From an uncultured Planctomycetota bacterium (GTDB lineage: Bacteria; Planctomycetota; Planctomycetia; Gemmatales; Gemmataceae): 64,000 bases of DNA. Under the pieces are notes generated by a model that saw only the letters and a list, made by a program, of their open reading frames with translations, made no database searches and was not told the DNA's origin. This document shows, piece by piece, positions 54,281 to 63,836 of this stretch. How positions within the stretch are numbered: position 1 is the stretch's first letter; every line of letters begins with the position of its first letter. The stretch spans positions 1,440,001 to 1,504,000 of the forward strand of contig CAWKHF010000012.1 in the NCBI GenBank assembly GCA_963849325.1, read 5' to 3'. The position numbers and the translations under genes were made by a program.

Positions 54281-56081
54281 GCGCGTCCCTCCCTTCCATC
54301 CGCCCATCGCTGTACGACACGGTCAACGGCTCGCCGCAGCGCTGCCAGTGCTGTCCGCGCTCGTTGTGGCCCCAGTCGCGCCGCCGCCATGCCCACACCT
54401 CGATGGTCGCTCGCGGCAGAAGGCGATCCTTGAAGTCCTCGTCCCAGATCGGCTGCAAATAGACGACGTGCTCGCCAGTGCCGCTTTGTCGCTGGCCGTC
54501 GCGGCTGAACAAGCGGATGCCCGCTTCTCCCGAGACGATGCGGTCGTTCTCCAGCCGGGCGTCGGCGAGGCGCTCGGCCAACTCCGCGGCGTTGGCGCAG
54601 GGCGTGCCGTCCGCCGGGGCGCCCGTCTGCACCAGCGCTTCCACGATGTCGCCGAACAGCAACACGTCCTCGGTCCCCGTCTCGGCCGTGCTGTTCGGCT
54701 CGCTGTCCTCCGCACGGTCGCCGACTCCCGCGCCGGCGCGGAAACCGGCGTCCGGGTCGATCGGGTTGCGATGGCAGAAGAACACCAGCGGGAACGGTAA
54801 GTCCTGGATGTTCCAGGCGACGTGGCGATCGCGGTAGACGGTGTTGAAGGCGATGGCGTCGCCGGTGGCGACGACGACCTGGACCTGCTTGGACAGAGAG
54901 GGGACGCCGCGGACCAGGCCGCGCAGGAAGCGGCGCGACGGCTGCGATTGGCCGGCCACGATCAGCAGCGGCCGCGTTTGCGACTGGAACATCAGGGCGT
55001 CGAGCATCTCGCCGGCGACCTTGGCCTCGTAGGGATTGGGCGTGGCGTAGGGGCCGACGCTGGAGTCGATGACGTGGGGCGTGGGCGGGATCTCCAGGCG
55101 AAAGCTGCTGGCGCTGCTGGGACGTTCGGGGTAGAGCGGCAGTCGTTGGACCGGAAAGATGCCGCCGCCGAGTGTGGGCGGCCAGCCGCCGCCGGCCAGC
55201 TGACTGATCGTCCAGGCCCACTGGTTGGCCAGATCCTGCGCGACGACCTGCCGCAGCGCGCGCCAGAAACCGTCGATGAGGTCGCGCGAGTAGGAGTCGT
55301 CGTTCCACATGGCCATGTAGACGGGATCCTTGTCGGGACGGAGGTCGTCGCGCGACCAGATGAAGTCGCTGACGGCCGTGGCCATCTGCCGGTTCGTGAA
55401 GCAGAAACGGAAGGTGCGACCGGGGTACAGGCGCGTGAGCTTGACACCGGCACGCGTCTCCGCCGCGTCTCCTTCCCCGCTGGAGCGAGCCGCCGCCGGC
55501 CCCGTCCGCGCCACCTCCACTCCCTCGGCGTAGGGGGCGACGCGGTCGGCCGTGGCCGTGGTCAGCAGCAGCAAGGGGCGATCCGCCTCAGGGAGATCCT
55601 CGGCGAGCTGGTTGAGGTGCGCCGCCAGTTCGCGGGCGTTGTCGCTGGAGCTGCCGCCGATGATGGCCAATGGCGGCGGCCGGCGCCGCAGCAGCGCCTC
55701 GATCCAGTCGCGCGTCTTCCAATCGCTCGTCAGCTTGTACCAGCGGAACACGAAGCGCGGACCGGGACCGGGACCGGACAGGGACACCTCCGGCACGGCC
55801 GTCGTCTGCCGGGGGAAGGCGGCGTTGATGTCGGCTTGCAAGCCGGGGTGATCGCCGTGCAGACGTTCCGCCGTCCGTCGTACCGCCGTGACGAAGCGCT
55901 CCCAGGACGTGGCGTTGGTGGCCGTGTACAGCCAGACGATTTCAACGTCGCCCGAGGCGACCGGCAGCGGCGCCGGCCGGCCCTGCGCCGGCGGTCCCTG
56001 GAAGACGACAACGATGGCGCCCACGACGACCGCCGCCGACAAGGCGATCAGGATGGATGGGCGGAAGAGGTGTTTGACCAT
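54267..56081 (-). CDS. Large exported hypothetical protein (periplasmic-binding-fold-like)
   Basis: N-terminal TM/signal; LAIIGGSSSD, LLLTTATAD, TFRFCFTN.QMA, DDSYSRDL resemble type I periplasmic binding proteins. Confidence 0.6.
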   Translation of the reverse strand: MVKHLFRPSILIALSAAVVVGAIVVVFQGPPAQGRPAPLPVASGDVEIVWLYTATNATSWERFVTAVRRTAERLHGDHPGLQADINAAFPRQTTAVPEVSLSGPGPGPRFVFRWYKLTSDWKTRDWIEALLRRRPPPLAIIGGSSSDNARELAAHLNQLAEDLPEADRPLLLLTTATADRVAPYAEGVEVARTGPAAARSSGEGDAAETRAGVKLTRLYPGRTFRFCFTNRQMATAVSDFIWSRDDLRPDKDPVYMAMWNDDSYSRDLIDGFWRALRQVVAQDLANQWAWTISQLAGGGWPPTLGGGIFPVQRLPLYPERPSSASSFRLEIPPTPHVIDSSVGPYATPNPYEAKVAGEMLDALMFQSQTRPLLIVAGQSQPSRRFLRGLVRGVPSLSKQVQVVVATGDAIAFNTVYRDRHVAWNIQDLPFPLVFFCHRNPIDPDAGFRAGAGVGDRAEDSEPNSTAETGTEDVLLFGDIVEALVQTGAPADGTPCANAAELAERLADARLENDRIVSGEAGIRLFSRDGQRQSGTGEHVVYLQPIWDEDFKDRLLPRATIEVWAWRRRDWGHNERGQHWQRCGEPLTVSYSDGRMEGRDAHGGH

Positions 56082-56143
56082 AATTACAAGGTACAGAGGG
56101 TGACGGACCCCAGACAAGGACGAATCTCGCGCGGAGGCGACAC

Positions 56144-57638
56144 ATGGACAAGGCACCGCTGACGGCGGTCATCTTCGGTGCTTCGGGAGACCTGACGGCC
56201 CGCAAGCTGGTGCCGGCCTTGTACCGGCTGGCCCGCAAACGTCGGCTGCCGCAGGAGCTGCGCATCGTCGGCGTTTCGCGTACTCCTTTCCGCGACGAGG
56301 CGTTCCGCGATAAGCTCCGTGACAGCACGCGGCGCTTCGCCGGCTCGGCCTGGGAGGAAGCGGCCTGGGATGATTTCGCCCGCCGCCTGTTTTACGTCCC
56401 CGCCGATGCGGGCCAGGCGGGCGGCCTCGAACCCTTACAGAAGTGGTTTCACGATAACGAAGGGACGTCGGCCGACAAGGCGCGACGCCTGTACTACCTG
56501 GCCGTCAGCCCGGACCTGTGCGCCGGCCCTCGTCAAGCAGCTTGGCGCCTCCGGCATGAACCGCGAGGCCGGGCCGGACGGCTGGCGCCGTCTGGTCATC
56601 GAGAAGCCCTTCGGCCACGACCTCGCCTCGGCCCGCGCCCTCAACCAGGCTGCTGCGCGGCGAGTTCCGCGAGGAGCAGCTTTATCGCATCGACCATTAT
56701 CTCGGCAAGGAGACGGTGCAGAACATCCTCGTTTTCCGCTTCGCCAACACGCTGTTCGAGCCGCTGTGGAACCACAATTTCATCGATCACGTGCAGATCA
56801 CCGTCGCCGAGAGCGTCCGCGTCGAGGGTCGCGGCGACTACTACGACCAGGCCGGCGTCCTGCGCGACATGTTCCAGAACCACCTGCTGCAATTGCTGAC
56901 GCTGGTGGCGATGGAAGCGCCGGCGCGCTACGCCGCCGACGCGCTGCGCAACGAGAAGGTCAAGGTGCTGGAAGCGGTGCCGGTTTATTCGCCGGAGGAG
57001 GCGGCCCGCCGTGTGGTGTCCGGCCAGTACAGCCGGCTATCGCGGTGAGCGCGGCGTGGCCGGCGACTCGCGCACGCCGACCTTCGCCGCCGTCGAGCTG
57101 GCCATCGACAACTGGCGCTGGCACGGCGTGCCGTTCTTCCTGCGTTCGGGCAAGGGGCTGGCTCGCCGACTCAGCGAGGTCGTCATCCAGTTCCGCTGTC
57201 CGCCGCACCTGATGTTTCCGCTGCCGCCCGGCGCCGACGCTGCAATGCAACCGCCTGTCGCTGTGCATCCAGCCGGACGAGGGCATCCACGTCAAGTTTC
57301 AGAGCAAGGTGCCCGACCGCGAGGAGATGGCCCTGCGGCCGGCAGACCTGGAGTTTCATTTCCGCGACGCCTACGGCGCCGACGCCATGCCGGAGGCTTA
57401 CGAGCGTCTGCTGTCCGACGCCCTGCAAGGCGACGCCGCCCTGTTCATGCGCAACGACGAGATCGAACGCGCCTGGGAGATCATGGACCCGCTCATCGCG
57501 GCATCGTCGCGGCCGGATGCGCCGCTGCCGGAGTATACCGTCGGCTCGGAAGGACCGGCCTGCGCCGATGAGTTCCTGGCCCGTACGGAGCGCCGCTGGC
57601 TCTCGGACACATCCCAGTCAGACAGTCCGCGGCGGTAA
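56144..57638 (+). CDS. zwf: Glucose-6-phosphate 1-dehydrogenase (frameshifted)
   Basis: [66 protein letters not shown]. Confidence 0.95.
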
Positions 57639-57811
57639 AGATATTGCTTGACAGAGGAGCGTTGGGAGATTGAACTGGCGGTGTTCGAGCGCGCGGCGCG
57701 CGCTGAGGGCGTGCTGGCACGCCCGAAGAACAAGTTCGGCGACGTTGTAGCGAACCAACTAACGACGGAGAATGTCCTCTTTCCTGGACAGTTGATTCAA
57801 AGGAGACGCCA

Positions 57812-58786
57812 GTGGCAGGCAAGAGGTTGGTGTTCGTTCGCGTCCGCTGTATTAACCGGAGCACAAAGGAGTTCTTTAATCGAGATTTCTGGCTAGACCT
57901 TTCGACCCTTCCAGCAGACAAGCGGGAGCATGTTGAGCGGTTGAAAGGAACTGTTGGTCCAGATGAGTTCGTCGAAATCCGCGGTCTCTTCAAGGAGGGA
58001 AATTGGAGAGACGAGTTCCAAGGCGACTCTTTTGACTCAATGGGCGGATTCGCGGTCTCGGACTACTTTGAAGATGAGGCCGGCAACCCCCTGGACATGA
58101 TTGGGTTGGCCAAGATCATGAGCGGCCAAGAATATCCCATTCTACTTTATGACGTCCGAAGCGTTCTGCGCCTGGGACCAACGGGGATCACCCGAAAAGA
58201 TCAGTGGTCCACGGAGTCCGCGAACACTTTGGCCCATTTCTTCCAGCTGGTCGAAGTAATCGGGACCAGCGGATGGCTCAAGAGCCGACTGGCGATTAGC
58301 ACTCCCGCGTCCTCTGGTTCACCCCCTTGGATTAACTCATTTGAGTGCCCCGATCTGGGACAAACCTACTCGATTTTGCTACCGATTCGTCAACTTTGCG
58401 CCTCCGATGATGCCTTCAACCGTGCCTGCAAGATCTATCTGCGGCACGTCAACGACGAACGAAAGCGATGGTGGATCGAGGAGACAAAGAGGAACTTCAA
58501 CGCCTACTTACGCTCGGTCCCGCGGCCTCATGCTATCGAGAACTATACAGTAGGGGAACTTCTGGATCTCGTCATGTATGGTGCAGGGCTGATTCACTAC
58601 GCCAATTCGGATTCCCAGCTCAGGCAGAATTTCAAGAAGGCGCTTACTCACAACCGACGGGAGTGGGTAATCTTCAACTTTCTCATGTGTTGCCGAGAGT
58701 TGTACGGCTATACGAATCATGCATACTTTGTCCTACGGCAGGACTATGAGCAGTGGACCACGTTCGGAAAGTTGTCAGTCCCCTGA
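57812..58786 (+). CDS. Orphan hypothetical protein (putative gene cassette)
   Basis: AAGGAG RBS, intact 324-aa ORF, visibly more AT-rich than flanks, followed by an attC-like site. Confidence 0.75.
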   Translation: MAGKRLVFVRVRCINRSTKEFFNRDFWLDLSTLPADKREHVERLKGTVGPDEFVEIRGLFKEGNWRDEFQGDSFDSMGGFAVSDYFEDEAGNPLDMIGLAKIMSGQEYPILLYDVRSVLRLGPTGITRKDQWSTESANTLAHFFQLVEVIGTSGWLKSRLAISTPASSGSPPWINSFECPDLGQTYSILLPIRQLCASDDAFNRACKIYLRHVNDERKRWWIEETKRNFNAYLRSVPRPHAIENYTVGELLDLVMYGAGLIHYANSDSQLRQNFKKALTHNRREWVIFNFLMCCRELYGYTNHAYFVLRQDYEQWTTFGKLSVP

Positions 58787-58855
58787 CTTGGTGTTCATGA
58801 TGGGGCTGTTCTCATCGCACCGTCTGCGCGATGATGAGATGGCGGAATGAGGATC

Positions 58856-58955
58856 GCTGAACCAGTCGCTCTAGCAGACCGACCACGCGAATAACGGCTC
58901 TTCGTGACGCTATGCCGCGGCTGGGTGAGCCGGCTGCTGAACTTTGTCGACCGGC
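58856..58955 (+). other. Degenerate attC-like integron recombination site
   Basis: GCTGAAC..CAGTCGCTCTAGCAGACCG...CCGGCTGCTGAACTTTGTC-GACCGGC; same architecture as 59668-59764 but with a damaged right core. Confidence 0.6.
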
Positions 58956-58967
58956 ATTGGGACGGCC

Positions 58968-58996
58968 TTGCGGCGTGTACGCCAGCGGCGTATACT
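58968..58996 (+). promoter_or_regulatory. TA promoter with overlapping palindromic operator
   Basis: TTGCGG, 17-bp spacer, TATACT; inverted repeat GT(G)TACGCC-agc-GGCGTA(T)AC over the spacer and -10. Confidence 0.6.
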
Positions 58997-59002
58997 TTCC
59001 GA

Positions 59003-59320
59003 ATGCGGTTCATCGAAACCCCGATCTTCACTCGGACCCTCATGGCCCTGCTCGACGATGAAGCCTACCACCTTTTGCAGTTGGCCCTTCTTCAACAGCC
59101 CGAGCGTGGGGCGATGATTCAGCGCAGCGGCGGTCTGAGGAAGGTACGCTGGCCGCTGCCTGGCCAGGGCAAGCGGGGCGGCCTCCGCGTCATCTATTTC
59201 TGGGACGAGGCGAGCGAAACCTTCTACATGCTCCTCGCCTACCCCAAGAACGAACAAGAAGACCTCACGGCTCAACAACTCCGTGTGCTGCGTCGTCTGG
59301 TTCGAGAGGAGTTCGGATGA
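59003..59320 (+). CDS. RelE/HigB-family toxin
   Basis: MRFIETPIFT, GGLRKVRW..GKRGGLRVIY, LLAYPKNEQEDLT. Confidence 0.92.
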   Translation: MRFIETPIFTRTLMALLDDEAYHLLQLALLQQPERGAMIQRSGGLRKVRWPLPGQGKRGGLRVIYFWDEASETFYMLLAYPKNEQEDLTAQQLRVLRRLVREEFG

Positions 59321-59607
59321 AGAAGCAAGAATTCGAGAATCTGGTCGAGAGCATTCGGCAGGCCGGCCGAATTCGCCGAGGGGAGGCAAAGCCAAGCCGC
59401 GTGGTGGAGTTTGCGCCGGTGAACGTGAAGGCGATCCGACGGCGTCTGGGGAAGTCCCAGTCGGAGTTCGCACGCATGATCGGGGTGAGTGTCTCGACGT
59501 TGCAGAATTGGGAGCAGGGACGGCGTCGGCCGGATGGCCCGGCCCGCGCCCTGCTGAGGGTGGCAGAGGTCAACCCCGAGGCCGTCGCGGCTGCGCTGGC
59601 CAATTAA
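59317..59607 (+). CDS. HTH (HigA/NadS-like) antitoxin
   Basis: VKAIR..LGKSQSEFA..IGVSVSTLQNWEQGRRRPDGPA; ATGA overlap with the toxin. Confidence 0.92.
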   Translation: MKKQEFENLVESIRQAGRIRRGEAKPSRVVEFAPVNVKAIRRRLGKSQSEFARMIGVSVSTLQNWEQGRRRPDGPARALLRVAEVNPEAVAAALAN

Positions 59608-59667
59608 GATGCGGCTAAAAAGAGAGAAGAAAAAGAGAAGAAAAAGGGGACATTCAAGATAAATCAG

Positions 59668-59764
59668 GCCGAACAAGGGCTTGCAGCAGTCCGGCGGGGC
59701 ATTCTGGCTTTCCATGCCATACTGTCTCTCTCGCCCCGCCGGCTGCTGCGCTGGGTTGTTCGGC
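59668..59764 (+). other. attC-like integron recombination site
   Basis: GCCGAAC (inverse core) ... GTTCGGC (core), inner arms GCAGCAGTCCGGCGGGGC / GCCCCGCCGGCTGCTGC with one extra unpaired base; 97 bp. Confidence 0.75.
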
Positions 59765-59820
59765 GAAGGAGCCAACGACGATACGCCTTCCGTTGGCTAG
59801 AATGCACACGGAGGTATCTC

Positions 59821-60039
59821 ATGATCCAGACAGTCGAGGCGGTCATTGATGCCGCCGGTCGAGTCCAACTCCTCGGCGAGGTCCACGTCGATGGCCCCCG
59901 ACGCGCTCTCGTGACGGTGCTGGAAGAGCCAGCCGCCGTGCCGGGTGAGGCCGCACTACTGGCCGAAGCGGCCTTGGCGGTGGACTGGTCCCGACCGGAG
60001 GAGGACGCGGCGTGGTCCCACCTACAGCCGGAGAGGTAG
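59821..60039 (+). CDS. Putative antitoxin
   Basis: GGAGG RBS; MIQTVEAVID..GRV.LL..RRALVTVLEE..LLAEAALA.DW.RPEEDAAW.HLQ. Confidence 0.65.
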   Translation: MIQTVEAVIDAAGRVQLLGEVHVDGPRRALVTVLEEPAAVPGEAALLAEAALAVDWSRPEEDAAWSHLQPER

Positions 60040-60071
60040 TCCTCGTTCCGTTGTCGCGGCTAGACAGATGA
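60012..60071 (+). pseudogene. Stump of a PemK/MazF-like toxin
   Basis: GTG GTC CCA CCT ACA GCC GGA GAG GTA GTC CTC GTT CCG = MVPPTAGEVVLVP overlapping the antitoxin end; stops after about 19 codons. Confidence 0.5.
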
Positions 60072-62019
60072 GCATCTTCTCGACAAGAGCGCCTGTTGAA
60101 CGGCGGACCACAGTTCTTTCATGTGGAACGGCTTGCGGATCAATCCCGCCGCGCCGCCGCGCAGCAGTTCGGGCGCCGGCTCCGCCTGCGGCAGTCCGGT
60201 GCAGAGCAGGATCGGCACGTCGGGCCGGCGCTGCCGCAGACGTTGGAACGTGGTCGCGGCGTCCTCGCGCGGCATCATCAGATCGAGGATGATGAGGTCG
60301 CAGGGCTGGCCGCTGAGGTGTTCAAGCGCCTCGGGAGTGCTGGCGGCGCAGGCGACGCGATGGCCGGCGATCTCCAGGAAGCGGCGCACCACGTCCAGCA
60401 CCGCCTCTTCGTCGTCGATGACCAGGATGGAGCCGGTCGGCATCGTCTCCGGCCGAGCCGCCTCGCTCCGCCGCGCCGGGCCGCCTGTCTCGGCGCCGGC
60501 CGTGGCGCGCGGCAGATACAGGCGGACGCACGTTCCGCGGCGTGGCTCGCTGTCGATGGTCAGATAGCCCTGGTGTCCCTGCACGATGCCGAACACCATC
60601 GGCAGACCCAGGCCGGTGCCCTGGCCGACTTCCTTGGTCGTGAAGAACGGGTCCAGCGCCTGGTTGAGCACGTCGGGCGTCATGCCGAGCCGTGGTCTTC
60701 CACCTCGATGACGACGTAATCGCCGGGCGGCACCTGCTGCGGGAAGCCGGGCTGTTCGCCGGCCGTCATGGCCCGTCGCAGGCGGAAGACAAGAGGCCCG
60801 GCCTGGCCCGGCCCCAGGCGTGCCTCCGCCTCGCGCGCCCGCAGGGCGTCGCGGGCGTTGAGGGCGAGGTTGACTAGCGCCTGTTGCAACTGGTTGGCGT
60901 CCGCCTCGACCACGAGCGCCCGACACTCGCGCTCCTCGGTCGGCAGCTCCACGGCCACTTCTTGATGCAGCGTTCGGCTGACCAGCTCGGCGGTGCTGCG
61001 GACGAGGTCGATCATCGACCGGCGCTGCCGGGTCAGGGCCGGCTTGCGCGCGAAGGCCAGCAACTGCCGCGTCAGCAGGGCCGCGCGCTCCGACAGGTCC
61101 ACGATGCGTTGCAGGAACTCGCGCAGCGTCGGCCCGATGTCCGGCTCGCGCAGTCCGAGCGAGGCGTAGCCGTTGATGCCGGCCAGCAGGTTGTTGAACT
61201 CGTGGGCCACACCGCCGGCCAGCGTGCCGACGCTCTGCATCTTCTGCGCCTGCAGCAGCTGCCGCTCCAGCTGCTTGTGTTCGCTGACGTCGCGCTGGAT
61301 GCCGACGAAGTGCGTCAAGCCGACCCTGGTCGTCCACGATGGGCGAGATGGTCAGCGATGCCTGGAACAGCGTGCCGTCCTTGCGGCGGTTGGTCAGCTC
61401 GCCCTGCCAGCTCCGCCGCGCCAGGATGGTCCGCCACATCTCCTCGTACAACTCCGGCCGATGGACGGCGCTCTTGAGCAGGCGCGGCGTCTGCCCGAGC
61501 AATTCCTCCCGGTCGTAGCCGGTCAGGTCCTCCAGCGCCTGGTTGACCTTCAAGATGGTGCCCTGCAGGTCGGTGATCATGATGCCGTCGCGGGCCGACT
61601 CCAGCGCCTGCGCGAGCAGGCGATTCATCTGCTCCAGCCGGTGCCGCCGGACCGACTCGCCGACGCGCTTGGGCAGTTCGCCGAGGAAGGTCAGGGCCGT
61701 GTCCTTGACGATGTAATCGAGGGCGCCGGCGCGGAGGATGCGCGTGGCCGTCTCCGCGTCCTTGTCGCGCGTGACGATCAGCACCGGCGCGGCGATGCCC
61801 TCCCGAGCCAGCACGTCCAGGAGGTCCAGGCCGCTCATGTCGGGCAAGCGCTGGTCGAGCAGCACGAGGTCGAAAGCGGTATGGCGAAGCACGATGAGGG
61901 CGTCGGCGGCCGTGCGGCAGGAGCGTCACGGCATGACCGGCCCGCTCCAGATGGCGGCGCATGAGCAGGGCGGCGTCGGGGTCGTCCTCGATCAGGAATA
62001 AGCGCAACGATTCGCTCAT
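60060..62019 (-). CDS. Hybrid sensor kinase REC-PAS-HisKA-HATPase-REC (frameshifted)
   Basis: LIEDD..LLDQRLPDMSG, PAS with NRRKDG, AHEFNNLL, NLALNARDA, PFFTTK..GTGLGL, ILVIDDE..LDLMMP..KPF. Confidence 0.92.
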
Positions 62020-62255
62020 CGTCTCCTCTATACCATATCTCTTCGCGTCGGGACTACGCCTTGTCAGCGGCTCCGTCCGTCCGTTATGCTGGAGGCTCTT
62101 TCGATCCGGATTTGTGGAGCAGGGACAGACAGGAAGCGCCGCCAATTGGTATTGGTGCGATCGGCCCCGGCGGTTACTCTGGGCCGAAGTTCGGACTCCC
62201 GCCGCGGGCGCGGTTACGAGACCGCACCGGGGAGAGGCCCTCTTTCGGGTATTTC

Positions 62256-62981
62256 ATGAACCTCAGTCAGCTGCTGGAGTACGTCCTTCACCCCCAGCCC
62301 CACCTGGACGCTCTGACCGGATCGATGGGGCCGTGGTTCTACCTGCTGCTGTTCGCCATCATCTTCTGCGAAACCGGCCTGGTAGTGACGCCGTTCTTGC
62401 CGGGCGATTCGCTGCTGTTCGCCGTCGGCGCGGTCGCGGCCGGAGAGTTGTCGCCGTTGAGTATACCGCTCCTGTTCGCGCTCTTGACCGTGGCGGCGGT
62501 GATCGGCGACGCGGTCAATTACGCCATCGGCTATCGGCTGGGTCCGAAGGTCTTCAAGTACGAGCAATCGTGGTTCTTCAACAAGAAGCACCTGCTGCGC
62601 GCCCAGGCGTTCTACGAGAAGTACGGCAGCAAGACGATCATCCTGGCTCGCTTCGTGCCGATCGTGCGCACCTTCGCGCCGTTCGTGGCCGGCATCGGCC
62701 GGATGCGTTATCCCCGCTTTTTCCTGTACAACTGCGTCGGCGGCGCAGCGTGGGTGGCGATCTGCCTCTGGAGCGGCTACTTCTTCGGTCAGGTGCCGTG
62801 GGTGAAGGACCATTTCGAGATGGTCGTGCTGGCCATCATCTTCCTTTCCGTGCTGCCGATGGTTGTCGAGTTCTTCCTGGCCAGGCGCCGGCACGTCGTC
62901 CTCGTCAACACAGTGTCGGTGTCGGAGCCAACGTCCGAGTCCGCCGAGGAATCGCTGACCTCGGCGCGGCAAGCGTCGTGA
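62256..62981 (+). CDS. dedA: DedA family membrane protein
   Basis: IIFCETGLVVTPFLPGDSLLFA.G, GDAVNY.IG, ARFVPIVRTFAPFVAG. Confidence 0.93.
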   Translation: MNLSQLLEYVLHPQPHLDALTGSMGPWFYLLLFAIIFCETGLVVTPFLPGDSLLFAVGAVAAGELSPLSIPLLFALLTVAAVIGDAVNYAIGYRLGPKVFKYEQSWFFNKKHLLRAQAFYEKYGSKTIILARFVPIVRTFAPFVAGIGRMRYPRFFLYNCVGGAAWVAICLWSGYFFGQVPWVKDHFEMVVLAIIFLSVLPMVVEFFLARRRHVVLVNTVSVSEPTSESAEESLTSARQAS

Positions 62982-63017
62982 AGGCGACGTCCTCTGTTTC
63001 GACACGGTTGCGCAACA

Positions 63018-63070
63018 AGCCCGGAGCGCCAGCGACGGGTTGTAGCAACCGTCGCTAGCGCCTCCGGGCT
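63018..63070. repeat. Palindromic element, family E, between convergent genes
   Basis: AGCCCGGAGCGCCAGCGACGG...CCGTCGCTAGCGCCTCCGGGCT imperfect arms. Confidence 0.65.
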
Positions 63071-63090
63071 AGTCAGCACGGATTCCTGCC

Positions 63091-63804
63091 TCACTTCCAT
63101 TCCTTGATGCGCAGGTTGCGGAAGCGCACTTCGAGAGGCTCTTCGCGCTTGCCGACGCCGTGGACCTGCAAGGCGATGAAGCCCGACGGCGTAACGGCGT
63201 CCTTCAGGTCGGCGGCGGGAACGCCGTTGACCCAGGTCTTGATCGAGTCGCCGCGGCATTCGATGCGGAACTTGTTCCAGTCGTTGGCCTTGAACGCCTT
63301 GCGGGCGGCCTCGTTCGACTTCAAATCGTTCAACCAGCCGCGCCGGCCCTCATCGTAGATGCCGCCGCTCCAGGACCGCTCCTCCGGGTCGATCTCCACC
63401 TGGTAACCATGGACGCGCCCGGCGGGGATGTTGTACTTCTTGCCGTTGATCTCGACGGTCTTCTTCTCGTCGAAACAATGGCTGCGAATCTGCACGCCGG
63501 AGTTGAGTTTGGGTTGGACCTTGAACTCCAGTTCGAGAATGAAGTCGCCGTAGTCGCGCTTGGTGCAGAGGAACGAGTTCGAGGTGTTAGGCACCGAGCT
63601 GCCGACGATTTGCTCGTTCTCGACGCGATACTTCGCCTTGCCGCCGCGCTGCACCCAGCCTTCCAGATCTTTGCCGTTGAACAGCTTCTGCCAGCCGTCG
63701 CCCTTGGCCTCGTCCGCCGATCGCGTCGGGGCCGGCGCGAGGAGGACGGCGAACCCGACCGGCCATAATACAAACAAGGCGGATCGGATAAGGGAAGTTT
63801 TCAT
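63091..63804 (-). CDS. DUF1080 (3-keto-disaccharide hydrolase) protein
   Basis: W.KLFNGKDL.GW, YGDF.LELEFK, NSGVQIR, GYQVEI, WN.FRI, GFIALQVH, FRNLRIKE. Confidence 0.92.
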   Translation of the reverse strand: MKTSLIRSALFVLWPVGFAVLLAPAPTRSADEAKGDGWQKLFNGKDLEGWVQRGGKAKYRVENEQIVGSSVPNTSNSFLCTKRDYGDFILELEFKVQPKLNSGVQIRSHCFDEKKTVEINGKKYNIPAGRVHGYQVEIDPEERSWSGGIYDEGRRGWLNDLKSNEAARKAFKANDWNKFRIECRGDSIKTWVNGVPAADLKDAVTPSGFIALQVHGVGKREEPLEVRFRNLRIKEWK

Positions 63805-63836
63805 GGATCGTCCTTTCTGGAGTTGAGTTGGCCGCC

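Noticed and set aside
57648..57800. A third attC or an attI site upstream of the orphan ORF (GTTCGGC at about 57734)
   Set aside because: A core-like heptamer is present, but there is no convincing complementary box or stem.
59617..59660. Purine-rich tract AAAAAGAGAGAAGAAAAAGAGAAGAAAAAGGGGACATTC as an element end or terminator
   Set aside because: Single occurrence with no partner inverted copy in the window; cannot be assigned.
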